Position numbers and translations under genes: made by a program. From IMG/VR virus record IMGVR_UViG_2706794664_000004: a stretch of 27,702 nt of DNA. One strand, written 5' to 3'. Below, piece after piece: positions 10,601 through 18,911 of the stretch (the stretch's first letter is position 1; each line of letters starts with the position of its first letter). This DNA comes from a virus (lineage: Duplodnaviria; Heunggongvirae; Uroviricota; Caudoviricetes). The notes under the pieces were generated by a model. That model was not told the DNA's origin, searched no databases, and saw nothing but the letters and a program-made list of their open reading frames with translations.

Positions 10601-11089
10601 GCCGGGACGCTCAACAATGTCACAATTAATGAGAACTGTCAGATTAAGGGGAAACTGTCAGCCAACCAGATTGAAGGCGATATAGTCAAAACAGTGGGTA
10701 AGGCTTTTCCGCGGGACTCCCGGGCACCGGAGCGGTGGCCATCAGGGACCATTACCGTCAGGATTTATGACGATCAGCCTTTTGACAGGCAAATTGTTAT
10801 TCCGGCGGTGGCATTCAGCGGCGCTAAACATGAGCGGGAGAATAACGATATTTATTCGTCATGCCGCCTGATAGTACGGAAAAACGGTGCTGAAATTTAT
10901 AACCGTACCGCGCTGGATAATACGCTGATTTACAGTGGTGTTATTGATATGCCAGCTGGTCGCGGCCACATGACGCTGGAGTTTTCGGTGTCAGCATGGC
11001 TGGTGAATAACTGGTATCCCACAGCAAGTATCAGCGATTTGCTGGTTGTGGTGATGAAGAAAGCCACCGCAGGCATCAGTATCAGCTGA
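7638..11089 (+). pseudogene. J: central tail fibre / host specificity protein, lambda gpJ homologue, disrupted by an in-frame TGA (7839-7841) and a frameshift near 9506-9515
   Basis: Three ORF pieces (7638-7841, 7911-9554, 9548-11089) are collinear with lambda gpJ from MGKGGGKAHTPREAKDNLKSTQ to the C-terminus. Frame 0 continues in homology through the TGA (TAV*RAGEQEQTPPEGFESSG). Homology switches from frame 0 (PPAVQHLTA) to frame 2 ([17 protein letters not shown]) near 9510. Confidence 0.8.
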
Positions 11090-11107
11090 ATTTTATAACC
11101 CATATAC

Positions 11108-11135
11108 GGGCGCCAGAAATGGCGCCTTTTTTATT
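11108..11135 (+). terminator. rho-independent terminator after J
   Basis: GGCGCC (11109-11114), loop AGAAAT, GGCGCC (11121-11126), followed by TTTTTTATT. Confidence 0.65.
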
Positions 11136-11156
11136 GCAGAAAAGCGAGAGGTAATT

Positions 11157-11760
11157 ATGCGTAAAGTTTGTGCAGCCATTTTGTCCGCAGCCATCTGTCT
11201 GTCCGTATCCGGTGCGCCTGCATGGGCGTCTGAACATCAGTCCACACTGAGCGCGGGGTATCTTCATGCCCGTACGAACGCTCCCGGCAGCGATAATCTG
11301 AACGGGATTAACGTGAAATACCGTTATGAGTTTACGGACGCGCNNNNNNNNNNNNNNNNNNNNNNNNNNNNNNNNNNNNNNNNNNNNNNNNNNNNNNNNN
11401 NNNNNNNNNNNNNNNNNNNNNNNNNNNNNNNNNNNNNNNNNNNNNNNNNNNNNNNNNNNNNNNNNNNNNNNNNNNNNNNNNNNNNNNNNNNNNNNNNNNN
11501 NNNNNNNNNNNNNNNNNNNNNNNNNNNNNNNNNNNNNNNNNNNNNNNNNNNNNNNNNNNNNNNNNNNNNNNNNNNNNNNNNNNNNNNNNNNNNNGACCGG
11601 AAGTGATGACGGTCGCCACAGCAACACGTCTCTGGCGTGGGGGGCTGGCGTGCAGTTTAACCCGACCGAATCCGTGACCATTGACCTTGCTTATGAAGGT
11701 TCCGGTAGTGGTGACTGGCGAACGGATGCATTTATTGTTGGTATCGGATACCGTATCTGA
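11157..11760 (+). CDS. lom: Lom/Ail/PagC-family outer membrane protein (lambda Lom homologue); middle hidden in N-run
   Basis: N-terminus MRKVCAAILSAAICLSVSGAPAWA (signal peptide) ...NGINVKYRYEFTDA and C-terminus ...SLAWGAGVQFNPTESVTIDLAYEGSGSGDWRTDAFIVGIGYRI* match lambda Lom beta-barrel motifs. N- and C-terminal parts are in different frames across N-run 11344-11594. Confidence 0.8.
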
Positions 11761-11864
11761 CAACAGACGCCGATTTATCTTCTGTAAATATTGTTATGAT
11801 ACGCAGGTTCATCCACCTTATGGGGTGAACTGCGTTTGAGGAAACGTAAAGTTACACTGTCCTG

Positions 11865-11900
11865 AAGCCCGTGGCGTCACTGCTGCGGGCTTTTTTTATT
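11865..11900 (+). terminator. rho-independent terminator after lom
   Basis: Stem AAGCCCG (11865-11871) / CGGGCTT (11886-11892), then TTTTTTTATT (11891-11900). Confidence 0.6.
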
Positions 11901-11911
11901 GGTGGAAAAGT

Positions 11912-14539
11912 ATGACAGTAAAAATTTCTGGCGTGCTTAAAGATGGCACAGGAAAACCAGTACAGAACTGCACCATTGTGCTGAAGGCCAGACGAACCAG
12001 CAGCACGATGGTGGTGAACACGGTGGCCTCTGAAAATCCGGATGAAGCCGGACGTTACAGCATGGATGTTGAGCATGGTCAGTACAGCGTCACCCTGCTG
12101 GTTGAAGGTTTTCCGCCTTCACATGCCGGGACCATTACCGTCTATGAAGGTTCCAGACCAGGTACGCTGAATGATTTTCTCGGTGCCATGACGGAGGATG
12201 ATGTCCGACCGGAGGCACTGCGCCGCTTTGAGCAGATGGTGGAAGAGGTGTCACGTAACGCCTCCGCGGTTGCACAGAATACGGCAGCCGCGAAAAAATC
12301 AGCCAGCGAGGCGGCAACTCATGCAACCGATGCTGCAGCCTCAGCACGTGCCGCCAGCACGTCAGCCGGACAGGCCGCGTCGTCGGCTCAGTCAGCGTCT
12401 TCCAGCGCAGGAACGGCATCGACAAAGGCCCGTGAAGCAGCAAAAAGTGCTGCTGCAGAGTCATCAAAAAGCGCGGCAGCTACCAGCGCCAGTGCCGCGA
12501 AAACGTCAGAAACGAATGCCGCAGCATCACAAAAATCGGCAGCCACTTCTGCATCCACAGCGACCACGAAGGCGTCAGAAGCTGCCACCTCGGCACGGGG
12601 TGCGGCGGCCTCAAAAGAGGCAGCGAAATCTTCAGAAACGAATGCATCATCAAGTGCCAGTAGTGCAGCTTCCTCGGCAACGGCGGCAGGAAATTCCGCG
12701 AAGGCGGCAAAAACGTCCGAGACGAACGCTAAGTCTTCTGAAACAGCAGCGGGACAGAGCGCCTCAGCTGCGGCAGGTTCAAAAACAGCGGCTGCATTAT
12801 CTGCCAGTGCCGCGTCAACAAGTGCCGGGCAGGCCTCAGCCAGTGCCACCGCCGCCGGAAAATCGGCAGAAAGCGCCGCATCATCCGCTTCAACAGCCAC
12901 AACGAAGGCTGGCAAAGCCACTGAGCAAGCCACTGCAGCAGCGAGGTCTGCTTCTGCAGCAAAAACCTCTGAAACAAATGCAAAGACTTCAGCAGACAAT
13001 GCTGCTTCCTCTAAGGCAGCAGCCGCATCGTCAGCCAGTTCAGCGGCGTCATCGGCATCATCTGCGTCTGCTTCAAAAGATGAGGCGACCAGACAAGCGT
13101 CAGCAGCGAAAGGTAGTGCCACGACAGCAACAACGAAAGCATCAGAGGCGGCAGGCAGTGCGACGGCTGCATCTCAGAGCAAAGTTGCTGCTGAATCCGC
13201 GGCAACGCGCGCCGAGACAGCAGCAAAACGGGCAGAGGATATTGCATCCGCCGTGGCGCTGGAGGATGCGAGCACGACGAAAAAGGGGATAGTACAGCTC
13301 AGCAGTGCGACCAACAGCACTTCCGAGTCACTGGCGGCAACGCCAAAAGCGGTTAAGGCGGTAATGGGTGAAACGAACAAGAAAGCGCCCTTAAATAGTC
13401 CTGCACTGACCGGAACGCCAACAACACCAACTGCGCGACAGGGAACGAATAATACCCAAATCGCAAGCACGGCTTTCGTTATGGCTGCGATTGCCGCCCT
13501 TGTAGATTCGTCACCTGATGCACTGAACACGCTGAACGAGCTGGCTGCGGCGCTGGGCAACGACCCGAATTTTGCGACCACCATGACTAACGCGCTTGCG
13601 GGTAAGCAACCGAAAGATGCCACTCTGACGGCGCTGGCGGGGCTTGCTACTGCGGCAGACAGGTTTCCGTATTTTACGGGGAATGATGTCGCCAGCCTGG
13701 CAACCCTGACAAAAGTCGGGCGGGATATTCTTGCGAAATCGACCGTTGCTGCCGTTATCGAATACCTCGGTTTACGAGAACTCGGCACAAGCGGGGAGAA
13801 AATACCGTTACTCAGTACAGCGAATACCTGGACTAATCGACAAACATTCAGCGGTGGCCTTTCTGGTGAACTATCCGGCAATGCTTCTACAGCTGCAAAA
13901 TTAAAAACTGCCAGGAAAATAAGCAATGTGGCTTTTGATGGTTCCTCCGATATCACATTAAAAGCAAGTCATGTTGGTGCGTTTGCCTTAGGGAAAACAG
14001 GAAGCACCGTTGCGAATGATAAAGCAGTTGGATGGAACTGGAGTAGCGGAGCCTATAACGCAACTATTAGTGGTGCATCAACGTTAATTATTCATTTTTA
14101 TATGGGAGAAGGAAGTTGTCCTGCAGCTCAGTTTCGGATTAATTATAAAAATGGCGGTATTTTTTATCGTTCAGCCCGTGATGGTTATGGTTTTGAAGCC
14201 GACTGGTCCGAATTTTACACCACCAGAAAACCTTCAGCAGGAGATGTTGGTGCACTGCCGTTATCTGGTGGTCAACTGAATGGTGCACTGGGTATCGGAA
14301 CATCCAGTGCTCTTGGCGGTAATTCGATTGTATTGGGTGATAATGACACGGGCTTTAAACAAAAAGGCGATGGTAATCTGGATGTTTATGCTAATAACGT
14401 CCATGTTATGCGCTTTGTCTCCGGAAGCATTCAAAGTAATAAAACCATAAATATTACGGGACGTGTTAATCCCTCGGATTACGGTAACTTTGATTCCCGC
14501 TATGTGAGAGATGTCAGACTTGGCACACGAGTTGTTTAG
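11912..14539 (+). CDS. stf: side tail fibre protein Stf (constant N-terminal part plus fused cassette v1), ended early by in-frame TAG at 14537-14539
   Basis: 875-aa ORF; N-terminus MTVKISGVLKDGTGKPVQNCTIVLKARRTS resembles lambdoid Stf proteins; long Ala/Ser/Thr-rich repeat region; C-terminal part shares modules with the downstream fibre cassettes. Crossover site A lies at codons for VIEYLGL (13754-13774). Confidence 0.85.
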   Translation: MTVKISGVLKDGTGKPVQNCTIVLKARRTSSTMVVNTVASENPDEAGRYSMDVEHGQYSVTLLVEGFPPSHAGTITVYEGSRPGTLNDFLGAMTEDDVRPEALRRFEQMVEEVSRNASAVAQNTAAAKKSASEAATHATDAAASARAASTSAGQAASSAQSASSSAGTASTKAREAAKSAAAESSKSAAATSASAAKTSETNAAASQKSAATSASTATTKASEAATSARGAAASKEAAKSSETNASSSASSAASSATAAGNSAKAAKTSETNAKSSETAAGQSASAAAGSKTAAALSASAASTSAGQASASATAAGKSAESAASSASTATTKAGKATEQATAAARSASAAKTSETNAKTSADNAASSKAAAASSASSAASSASSASASKDEATRQASAAKGSATTATTKASEAAGSATAASQSKVAAESAATRAETAAKRAEDIASAVALEDASTTKKGIVQLSSATNSTSESLAATPKAVKAVMGETNKKAPLNSPALTGTPTTPTARQGTNNTQIASTAFVMAAIAALVDSSPDALNTLNELAAALGNDPNFATTMTNALAGKQPKDATLTALAGLATAADRFPYFTGNDVASLATLTKVGRDILAKSTVAAVIEYLGLRELGTSGEKIPLLSTANTWTNRQTFSGGLSGELSGNASTAAKLKTARKISNVAFDGSSDITLKASHVGAFALGKTGSTVANDKAVGWNWSSGAYNATISGASTLIIHFYMGEGSCPAAQFRINYKNGGIFYRSARDGYGFEADWSEFYTTRKPSAGDVGALPLSGGQLNGALGIGTSSALGGNSIVLGDNDTGFKQKGDGNLDVYANNVHVMRFVSGSIQSNKTINITGRVNPSDYGNFDSRYVRDVRLGTRVV
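12260..13260 (+). repeat. Ala/Ser/Thr-rich imperfect tandem repeats inside stf (motif AAKTSETNA recurs four times)
   Basis: Translation SAAKTSETNAAASQKSAATSA / AAKSSETNASSSASSAASSA / AAKTSETNAKSSETAAG / SAAKTSETNAKTSADNAASS; corresponding DNA repeats gc.aaaac.tc.ga.ac.aa.gc. Confidence 0.7.
13755..13780 (+). other. invertase crossover site A (gix/pix-like, 26 bp) inside stf
   Basis: TTATCGAATACC-TC-GGTTTACGAGAA; reverse complement of site B is identical over 21 bp; resembles Mu gix (TTATCCAAAACCTCGGTTTACAGGAA) as I recall it. Confidence 0.7.
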
Positions 14540-14689
14540 ACCATGAAGAAAGGCGTGATGTATGAAAAATCAGGCCATGTAATCACGGGGCTTGGTATTA
14601 TCGGTGAAGTCGATGGTGATGATCCGGCAGTATTCAGACCAATACAAAAGTTAATTAACGGAACATGGTATAACGTATCGCAGGTATAA
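14540..14689 (+). other. displaced C-terminal 49 codons of stf cassette v1, downstream of the in-frame amber
   Basis: Same frame as stf reads [49 protein letters not shown] (TAA 14687-14689), homologous to the C-termini of cassettes v2, v3, v4 (...RPIQ..INGTWYNxxSx*). Confidence 0.75.
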
Positions 14690-14691
14690 TC

Positions 14692-15225
14692 ATGCAGCAT
14701 TTAAAAAACATTGTCGCAGGTAATCCAAAAACCGTTGAACAATACCAGCTAACAAAGAATTTTGATGTTATCTGGTTATGGTCCGAAGATGGAAAAAATT
14801 GGCATGAGGAATTAAAAAACTTTCAGGAGGATACAATAAAACTGGCTTACACAGTTGAGGGAATAATTATTGCTATAGACAAGGATGTATCAGCAATTAA
14901 TCCAGAAGGTTTAAGTGTCGTTGAGTTGCCTGATATTACAGCAAATCGCCGGGCTGATATTTCGGGCAACTGGATGTTCAAAGATGGTGCGGTGATAAAG
15001 CGAACTTATACCGAGGAAGAGCAAAGGCAACAAGCGGAAAATGAAAAGCAGAGCCTGCTGCAGCTCGTCAGGGATAAAACCCAGCTGTGGGACTCTCAGC
15101 TACAGCTGGGCATCATTTCCGATGAGAATAAACAAAAATTAACCGAGTGGATGCTCTATGCGCAGAAGGTTGAATCCACAGACACCTCCAGCCTGCCAGT
15201 AACGTTTCCCGAACAACCAGAATGA
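14692..15225 (+). CDS. tfa: tail fibre assembly protein Tfa (partner of cassette v1)
   Basis: 177-aa [43 protein letters not shown]...[10 protein letters not shown]...; Tfa-family motifs; immediately after the fibre C-terminus. Confidence 0.85.
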   Translation: MQHLKNIVAGNPKTVEQYQLTKNFDVIWLWSEDGKNWHEELKNFQEDTIKLAYTVEGIIIAIDKDVSAINPEGLSVVELPDITANRRADISGNWMFKDGAVIKRTYTEEEQRQQAENEKQSLLQLVRDKTQLWDSQLQLGIISDENKQKLTEWMLYAQKVESTDTSSLPVTFPEQPE

Positions 15226-15300
15226 GAGAAGGCCCGCTATCGGGCCTTAATTTTTATTCAGGCTTTTGTGGCCATTCAGGATTTGCCGTATCCACACGGC
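14929..15300. repeat. direct repeat copy 1 (tfa 3' half plus shared terminator plus 3' end of minus-strand tfa)
   Basis: About 370 bp, roughly 90% identical by eye to 17998-18369 (for example cctgatattacagcaaatcgccgggctgatattt... and aaggcccgctatcgggccttaatttttattcaggcttttgtggccattc). Confidence 0.8.
15229..15258. terminator. bidirectional intrinsic terminator between convergent tfa genes
   Basis: AAGGCCCG-CTAT-CGGGCCTT followed by AATTTTTATT; sits between the + tfa stop (15225) and the minus tfa stop (15254). Confidence 0.6.
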
Positions 15301-15781
15301 TGACCAGAACACTGTAGCGTTCCCATGCTTCCAGTCGTGTGCGTTCCTCGTCTGTTGCCATATTCAGCCTGACAGCGCGTTCCAGCGGCTGGATGACTGA
15401 TTCAGCTTCGGAAAGCAATGCGGCCTTTTGTGATTCGGCCTGTTGTTGCTGTTCGTCAGCCGTATAAATCCGTTTAACCACAGCTCCGTCCTTAAACATC
15501 CACTTACCGGAATCATCAGCACGACGATTAGCTGTAATATCAGGAACTTCAACTATGCTTAGCCCTTCAGGATTAATAGTTGAAACGTCTTTACTGACAG
15601 CAACGATGATGTTGTTCTCATCGTAAGCAATTTTTATGGTGTCTGGCTGAAAATTCTTTTGTTCCTCATACCAGTTTTTGCCATCTTCGCAAAAGAGCCA
15701 TACCACGCCCGCTTTTTTAGTTAGCTGGTATTGTTCCGGTGTTTTCGGATTCCCGGCCTTAATATTTTTCAGGTGCATCAT
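15254..15781 (-). CDS. tfa: tail fibre assembly protein Tfa (partner of cassette v2)
   Basis: Minus-strand ORF; likely start at ATGATG 15776-15781 ([23 protein letters not shown]...) preceded by SD GGGGAG; ORF track begins 12 codons further upstream. C-terminus ...[14 protein letters not shown]. Confidence 0.8.
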   Translation of the reverse strand: MMHLKNIKAGNPKTPEQYQLTKKAGVVWLFCEDGKNWYEEQKNFQPDTIKIAYDENNIIVAVSKDVSTINPEGLSIVEVPDITANRRADDSGKWMFKDGAVVKRIYTADEQQQQAESQKAALLSEAESVIQPLERAVRLNMATDEERTRLEAWERYSVLVSRVDTANPEWPQKPE

Positions 15782-15782
15782 C

Positions 15783-16696
15783 TTAAACACTCCCCACGTT
15801 GTACCATATTCCCCCAATCAATTTCTGAATTGGCCTTCTGGCAACAGTGTCGACAATATCATCCGCATTGCTGTTAATTGCGGCTGTTAAAACATAACCT
15901 GACGCATCGCCAAAGCCGTAGTCGCGCCATACGTTTTTATATTCAATGCTGCCAAGACGAATATCCCGAACGACATGATTATGCAGCCATGTGCTTAACC
16001 AGTTGTTTTCCCACACTGAACCATAAATATCGCCACTAGACGCAACTTGCGCACCACTTCCCAGCGCAAATCCCCCATCTGTTTTAAAAATGAAATCACC
16101 ACCACCATCTGAACCGTTATTAATATGAACACCATCACCACCGTTATCTTTCCACAAAAACATACGAATTCTTCCGTCTTCGTTGGCGAATGTAATGTGG
16201 TGGCGGTAATTACTTTTTAATCTAAAATTGCTGCCATTAGATTCAATATCTTTATAAAGATGTAATCCTAACTCATCAATATGTCCGATACGCGAACCAT
16301 TTGAATAGAAGCTAATAATACCATCTCCATCTTGCCTAAATCCGGTGTCGTTATCTCCCAGAACAATGGAGTTTTCACCCAGTGCGTTATCAGTAGCTCC
16401 AATAGCTAGACCTCCTTTAATTTTGGCCCCGTGGCTGACAGATATAGCACCTGTTCTCAGATTTATAGCGAATGGCCTTAATGGGCCGATATTACCGTTT
16501 TCGCCTTGTCCTTCAGCCGTCGGAATGAAATGAAGAAAATCTTCTGAACGACGGAAAATTAGACCGAAGGTATCATTGAAAATTCGCAGCGCATTCACCG
16601 TGCCAATTTTCAGTTCTCCGGTCATTTTATCGCCGGAACGCTGAACGGCGTTACCAGCCTTGTTTACCGTTTCCTGTAAACCGAGGTATTCGATAA
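15783..16696 (-). CDS. silent alternative tail-fibre C-terminal cassette v2 (no own start; 5' end is crossover site B)
   Basis: Minus-strand frame reads [41 protein letters not shown]...[18 protein letters not shown]; first 8 residues identical to the Stf junction peptide; upstream is N-run. Confidence 0.75.
16671..16696 (-). other. invertase crossover site B (inverted relative to site A)
   Basis: + strand TTCCTGTAAACC-GA-GGTATTCGATAA; reverse complement TTATCGAATACCTCGGTTTACAGGAA. Confidence 0.7.
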
Positions 16697-16981
16697 CGGC
16701 NNNNNNNNNNNNNNNNNNNNNNNNNNNNNNNNNNNNNNNNNNNNNNNNNNNNNNNNNNNNNNNNNNNNNNNNNNNNNNNNNNNNNNNNNNNNNNNNNNNN
16801 NNNNNNNNNNNNNNNNNNNNNNNNNNNNNNNNNNNNNNNNNNNNNNNNNNNNNNNNNNNNNNNNNNNNNNNNNNNNNNNNNNNNNNNNNNNNNNNNNNNN
16901 NNNNNNNNNNNNNNNNNNNNNNNNNNNNNNNNNNNNNNNNNNNNNNNNNNNNNNNNNNNNNNNNNNNNNNNNNNNNNNNNG

Positions 16982-17758
16982 GAGAGTCAGGGAGCATTTA
17001 ACCATCCTTACTGGATGTGCAAAGGCTCATGGGCTTATGCAAATAATAAGGTCATTACAGATACAGGTTGCGGAAATATTTGTCTTGCAGGTGCTGTGGT
17101 GGAAGTTATTGGCACTCGCGGCGCAATGACCATACGCGTTACCACGCCGAGCACGTCCAGCGGTGGCGGAATTACTAACGCTCAATTCACTTATATTAAT
17201 CATGGTGATGCTTACGCTCCTGGCTGGCGACGAGACTACAACACGAAAAATCAACAACCTGCATTTGCTTTAGGGCAAACAGGAAGCACTGTCGGAAATG
17301 ATAAAGCTGTTGGCTGGAACTGGAATAGCGGGGTCTATAACGCAAACATTGGTGGCGCATCGACATTAATCCTCCACTTCAATATGAATACGGGGAGCTG
17401 CCCTGCTGTACAGTTCCGCGTGAATTACAGGAACGGCGGTATTTTTTATCGTTCAGCGCGTGATGGTTATGGCTTTGAAGCTGACTGGTCAGAGTTTTAC
17501 ACCACAACCCGCAAACCCTCTGCGGGAGATGTTGGTGCATATACGCAGGCAGAATGTAACTCAAGGTTTATTACAGGTATTCGCCTTGGTGGTCTGTTAT
17601 CTGTTCAGACATGGAATGGTCCCGGATGGTCTGACAGGTCAGGTTATGTTGTTACCGGTTCCGTTAACTCAAACAGAGATGAACTAATTGATACAACTCA
17701 GGCAAGGCCAATTCAGTATTGCATTAATGGGACGTGGTATAACGCGGGGAGTATTTAA
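16982..17758 (+). CDS. alternative tail-fibre C-terminal cassette v3 (+ orientation; 5' end and presumed crossover site inside N-run)
   Basis: Open frame from 16982 (ESQGAFNHPYWMCKGSWAYANN...) to TAA 17756-17758. Central module AFALGQTGSTVGNDKAVGWNWNSGVYNANIGGASTLILHFNMNTGSCPAVQFRVNYRNGGIFYRSARDGYGFEADWSEFYTT is about 85% identical to stf v1; C-terminus RPIQYCINGTWYNAGSI. Confidence 0.75.
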   Translation, partial: ESQGAFNHPYWMCKGSWAYANNKVITDTGCGNICLAGAVVEVIGTRGAMTIRVTTPSTSSGGGITNAQFTYINHGDAYAPGWRRDYNTKNQQPAFALGQTGSTVGNDKAVGWNWNSGVYNANIGGASTLILHFNMNTGSCPAVQFRVNYRNGGIFYRSARDGYGFEADWSEFYTTTRKPSAGDVGAYTQAECNSRFITGIRLGGLLSVQTWNGPGWSDRSGYVVTGSVNSNRDELIDTTQARPIQYCINGTWYNAGSI

Positions 17759-17760
17759 CG

Positions 17761-18294
17761 ATGATGCACTTAAAAAACATTTCTGCTGGTAATCCTGAAA
17801 CAAAAGAGCAATACCAGCTAACGAAACAATTTAACATCAAATGGCTTTATACAGAGGATGGGAAAAACTGGTATGAGGAACAAAAGAACTTTCAGCCTGA
17901 TACGTTGAAAATGGTCTATGACCACAACGGCGTTATTATTTGTATTGAAAAGGATGTTTCAGCAATTAATCCGGAAGGCGCAAGCGTCGTTGAGGTTCCT
18001 GATATTACAGCAAATCGCCGGGCTGATATTTCAGGTAAATGGATGTTCAAAGATGGCGTAGTGATAAAGCGAACTTATACCGGGGAAGAGCAGAGGCAAC
18101 AAGCGGAAAATGAAAAGCAAAGCCTGCTACAGCTCGTCAGGGATAAAACCCAGCTATGGGACTCACAGCTACGGCTGGGCATTATTTCCGACGAGAATAA
18201 ACAAAAATTAACCGAGTGGATGCTCTATGCGCAGAAGGTCGAATCCACAGACACCTCCAGCCTGCCAGTAACGTTTCCCGAACAACCAGAATGA
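17761..18294 (+). CDS. tfa: tail fibre assembly protein Tfa (partner of cassette v3)
   Basis: 177-aa [43 protein letters not shown]...; C-terminal half near-identical to the tfa at 14692-15225. Confidence 0.85.
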   Translation: MMHLKNISAGNPETKEQYQLTKQFNIKWLYTEDGKNWYEEQKNFQPDTLKMVYDHNGVIICIEKDVSAINPEGASVVEVPDITANRRADISGKWMFKDGVVIKRTYTGEEQRQQAENEKQSLLQLVRDKTQLWDSQLRLGIISDENKQKLTEWMLYAQKVESTDTSSLPVTFPEQPE

Positions 18295-18369
18295 AACAAG
18301 GCCCGATATCGGGCCTTAATTTTTACTCAGGCTTTTGTGGCCATTCTGGCTTTGCCGTATCCACACGGC
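17998..18369. repeat. direct repeat copy 2 (paralogous to 14929-15300)
   Basis: See copy 1; ends at N-run 18370. Confidence 0.8.
18298..18327. terminator. bidirectional intrinsic terminator between convergent tfa genes (paralogue of 15229-15258)
   Basis: AAGGCCCG-ATAT-CGGGCCTT followed by AATTTTTACT. Confidence 0.6.
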
Positions 18370-18910
18370 NNNNNNNNNNNNNNNNNNNNNNNNNNNNNNN
18401 NNNNNNNNNNNNNNNNNNNNNNNNNNNNNNNNNNNNNNNNNNNNNNNNNNNNNNNNNNNNNNNNNNNNNNNNNNNNNNNNNNNNNNNNNNNNNNNNNNNN
18501 NNNNNNNNNNNNNNNNNNNNNNNNNNNNNNNNNNNNNNNNNNNNNNNNNNNNNNNNNNNNNNNNNNNNNNNNNNNNNNNNNNNNNNNNNNNNNNNNNNNN
18601 NNNNNNNNNNNNNNNNNNNNNNNNNNNNNNNNNNNNNNNNNNNNNNNGCCCGGCGATTTGCTGTAATATCAGGAACCTCAACGACGCTATAACCTTCAGG
18701 GTTAAGCGTGGAGGCATCTTTGGTGATGGCGACAATAATATTATTTGCATCGTAAACAATCTTTATTGTGTCTGGCTGAAAGTTCTTCACTTCCTCATAC
18801 CAGTTTTTTCCGTCCTCAGAGTAAAGCCAGATGACTCCGTGCTTCTTTGTTAACTCATACTGCTCCACTGTTTTAGCATTACCTGCTTTTATGTTCTTTA
18901 AGTGCATCAT
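18323..18910 (-). CDS. tfa: tail fibre assembly protein Tfa (partner of cassette v4); middle hidden in N-run
   Basis: Minus-strand ORF, likely start ATGATG 18905-18910 ([40 protein letters not shown]...), C-terminus [14 protein letters not shown]. Confidence 0.75.
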   Translation of the reverse strand: MMHLKNIKAGNAKTVEQYELTKKHGVIWLYSEDGKNWYEEVKNFQPDTIKIVYDANNIIVAITKDASTLNPEGYSVVEVPDITANRRXXXXXXXXXXXXXXXXXXXXXXXXXXXXXXXXXXXXXXXXXXXXXXXXXXXXXXXXXXXXXXXXXXXXXXXXXXXXXXXXXXXXXXXXXXXXXXRVDTAKPEWPQKPE

Positions 18911-18911
18911 A

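Noticed and set aside
12388-13122. 244-aa minus-strand ORF (Ala/Asp-rich) and the 364-aa + ORF at 12198-13292 inside stf
   Set aside because: Both are alternative-frame or antisense readings of the Ala/Ser-rich repeat region of stf; low-complexity, no ribosome-binding sites, fully overlapped by a strongly supported gene.
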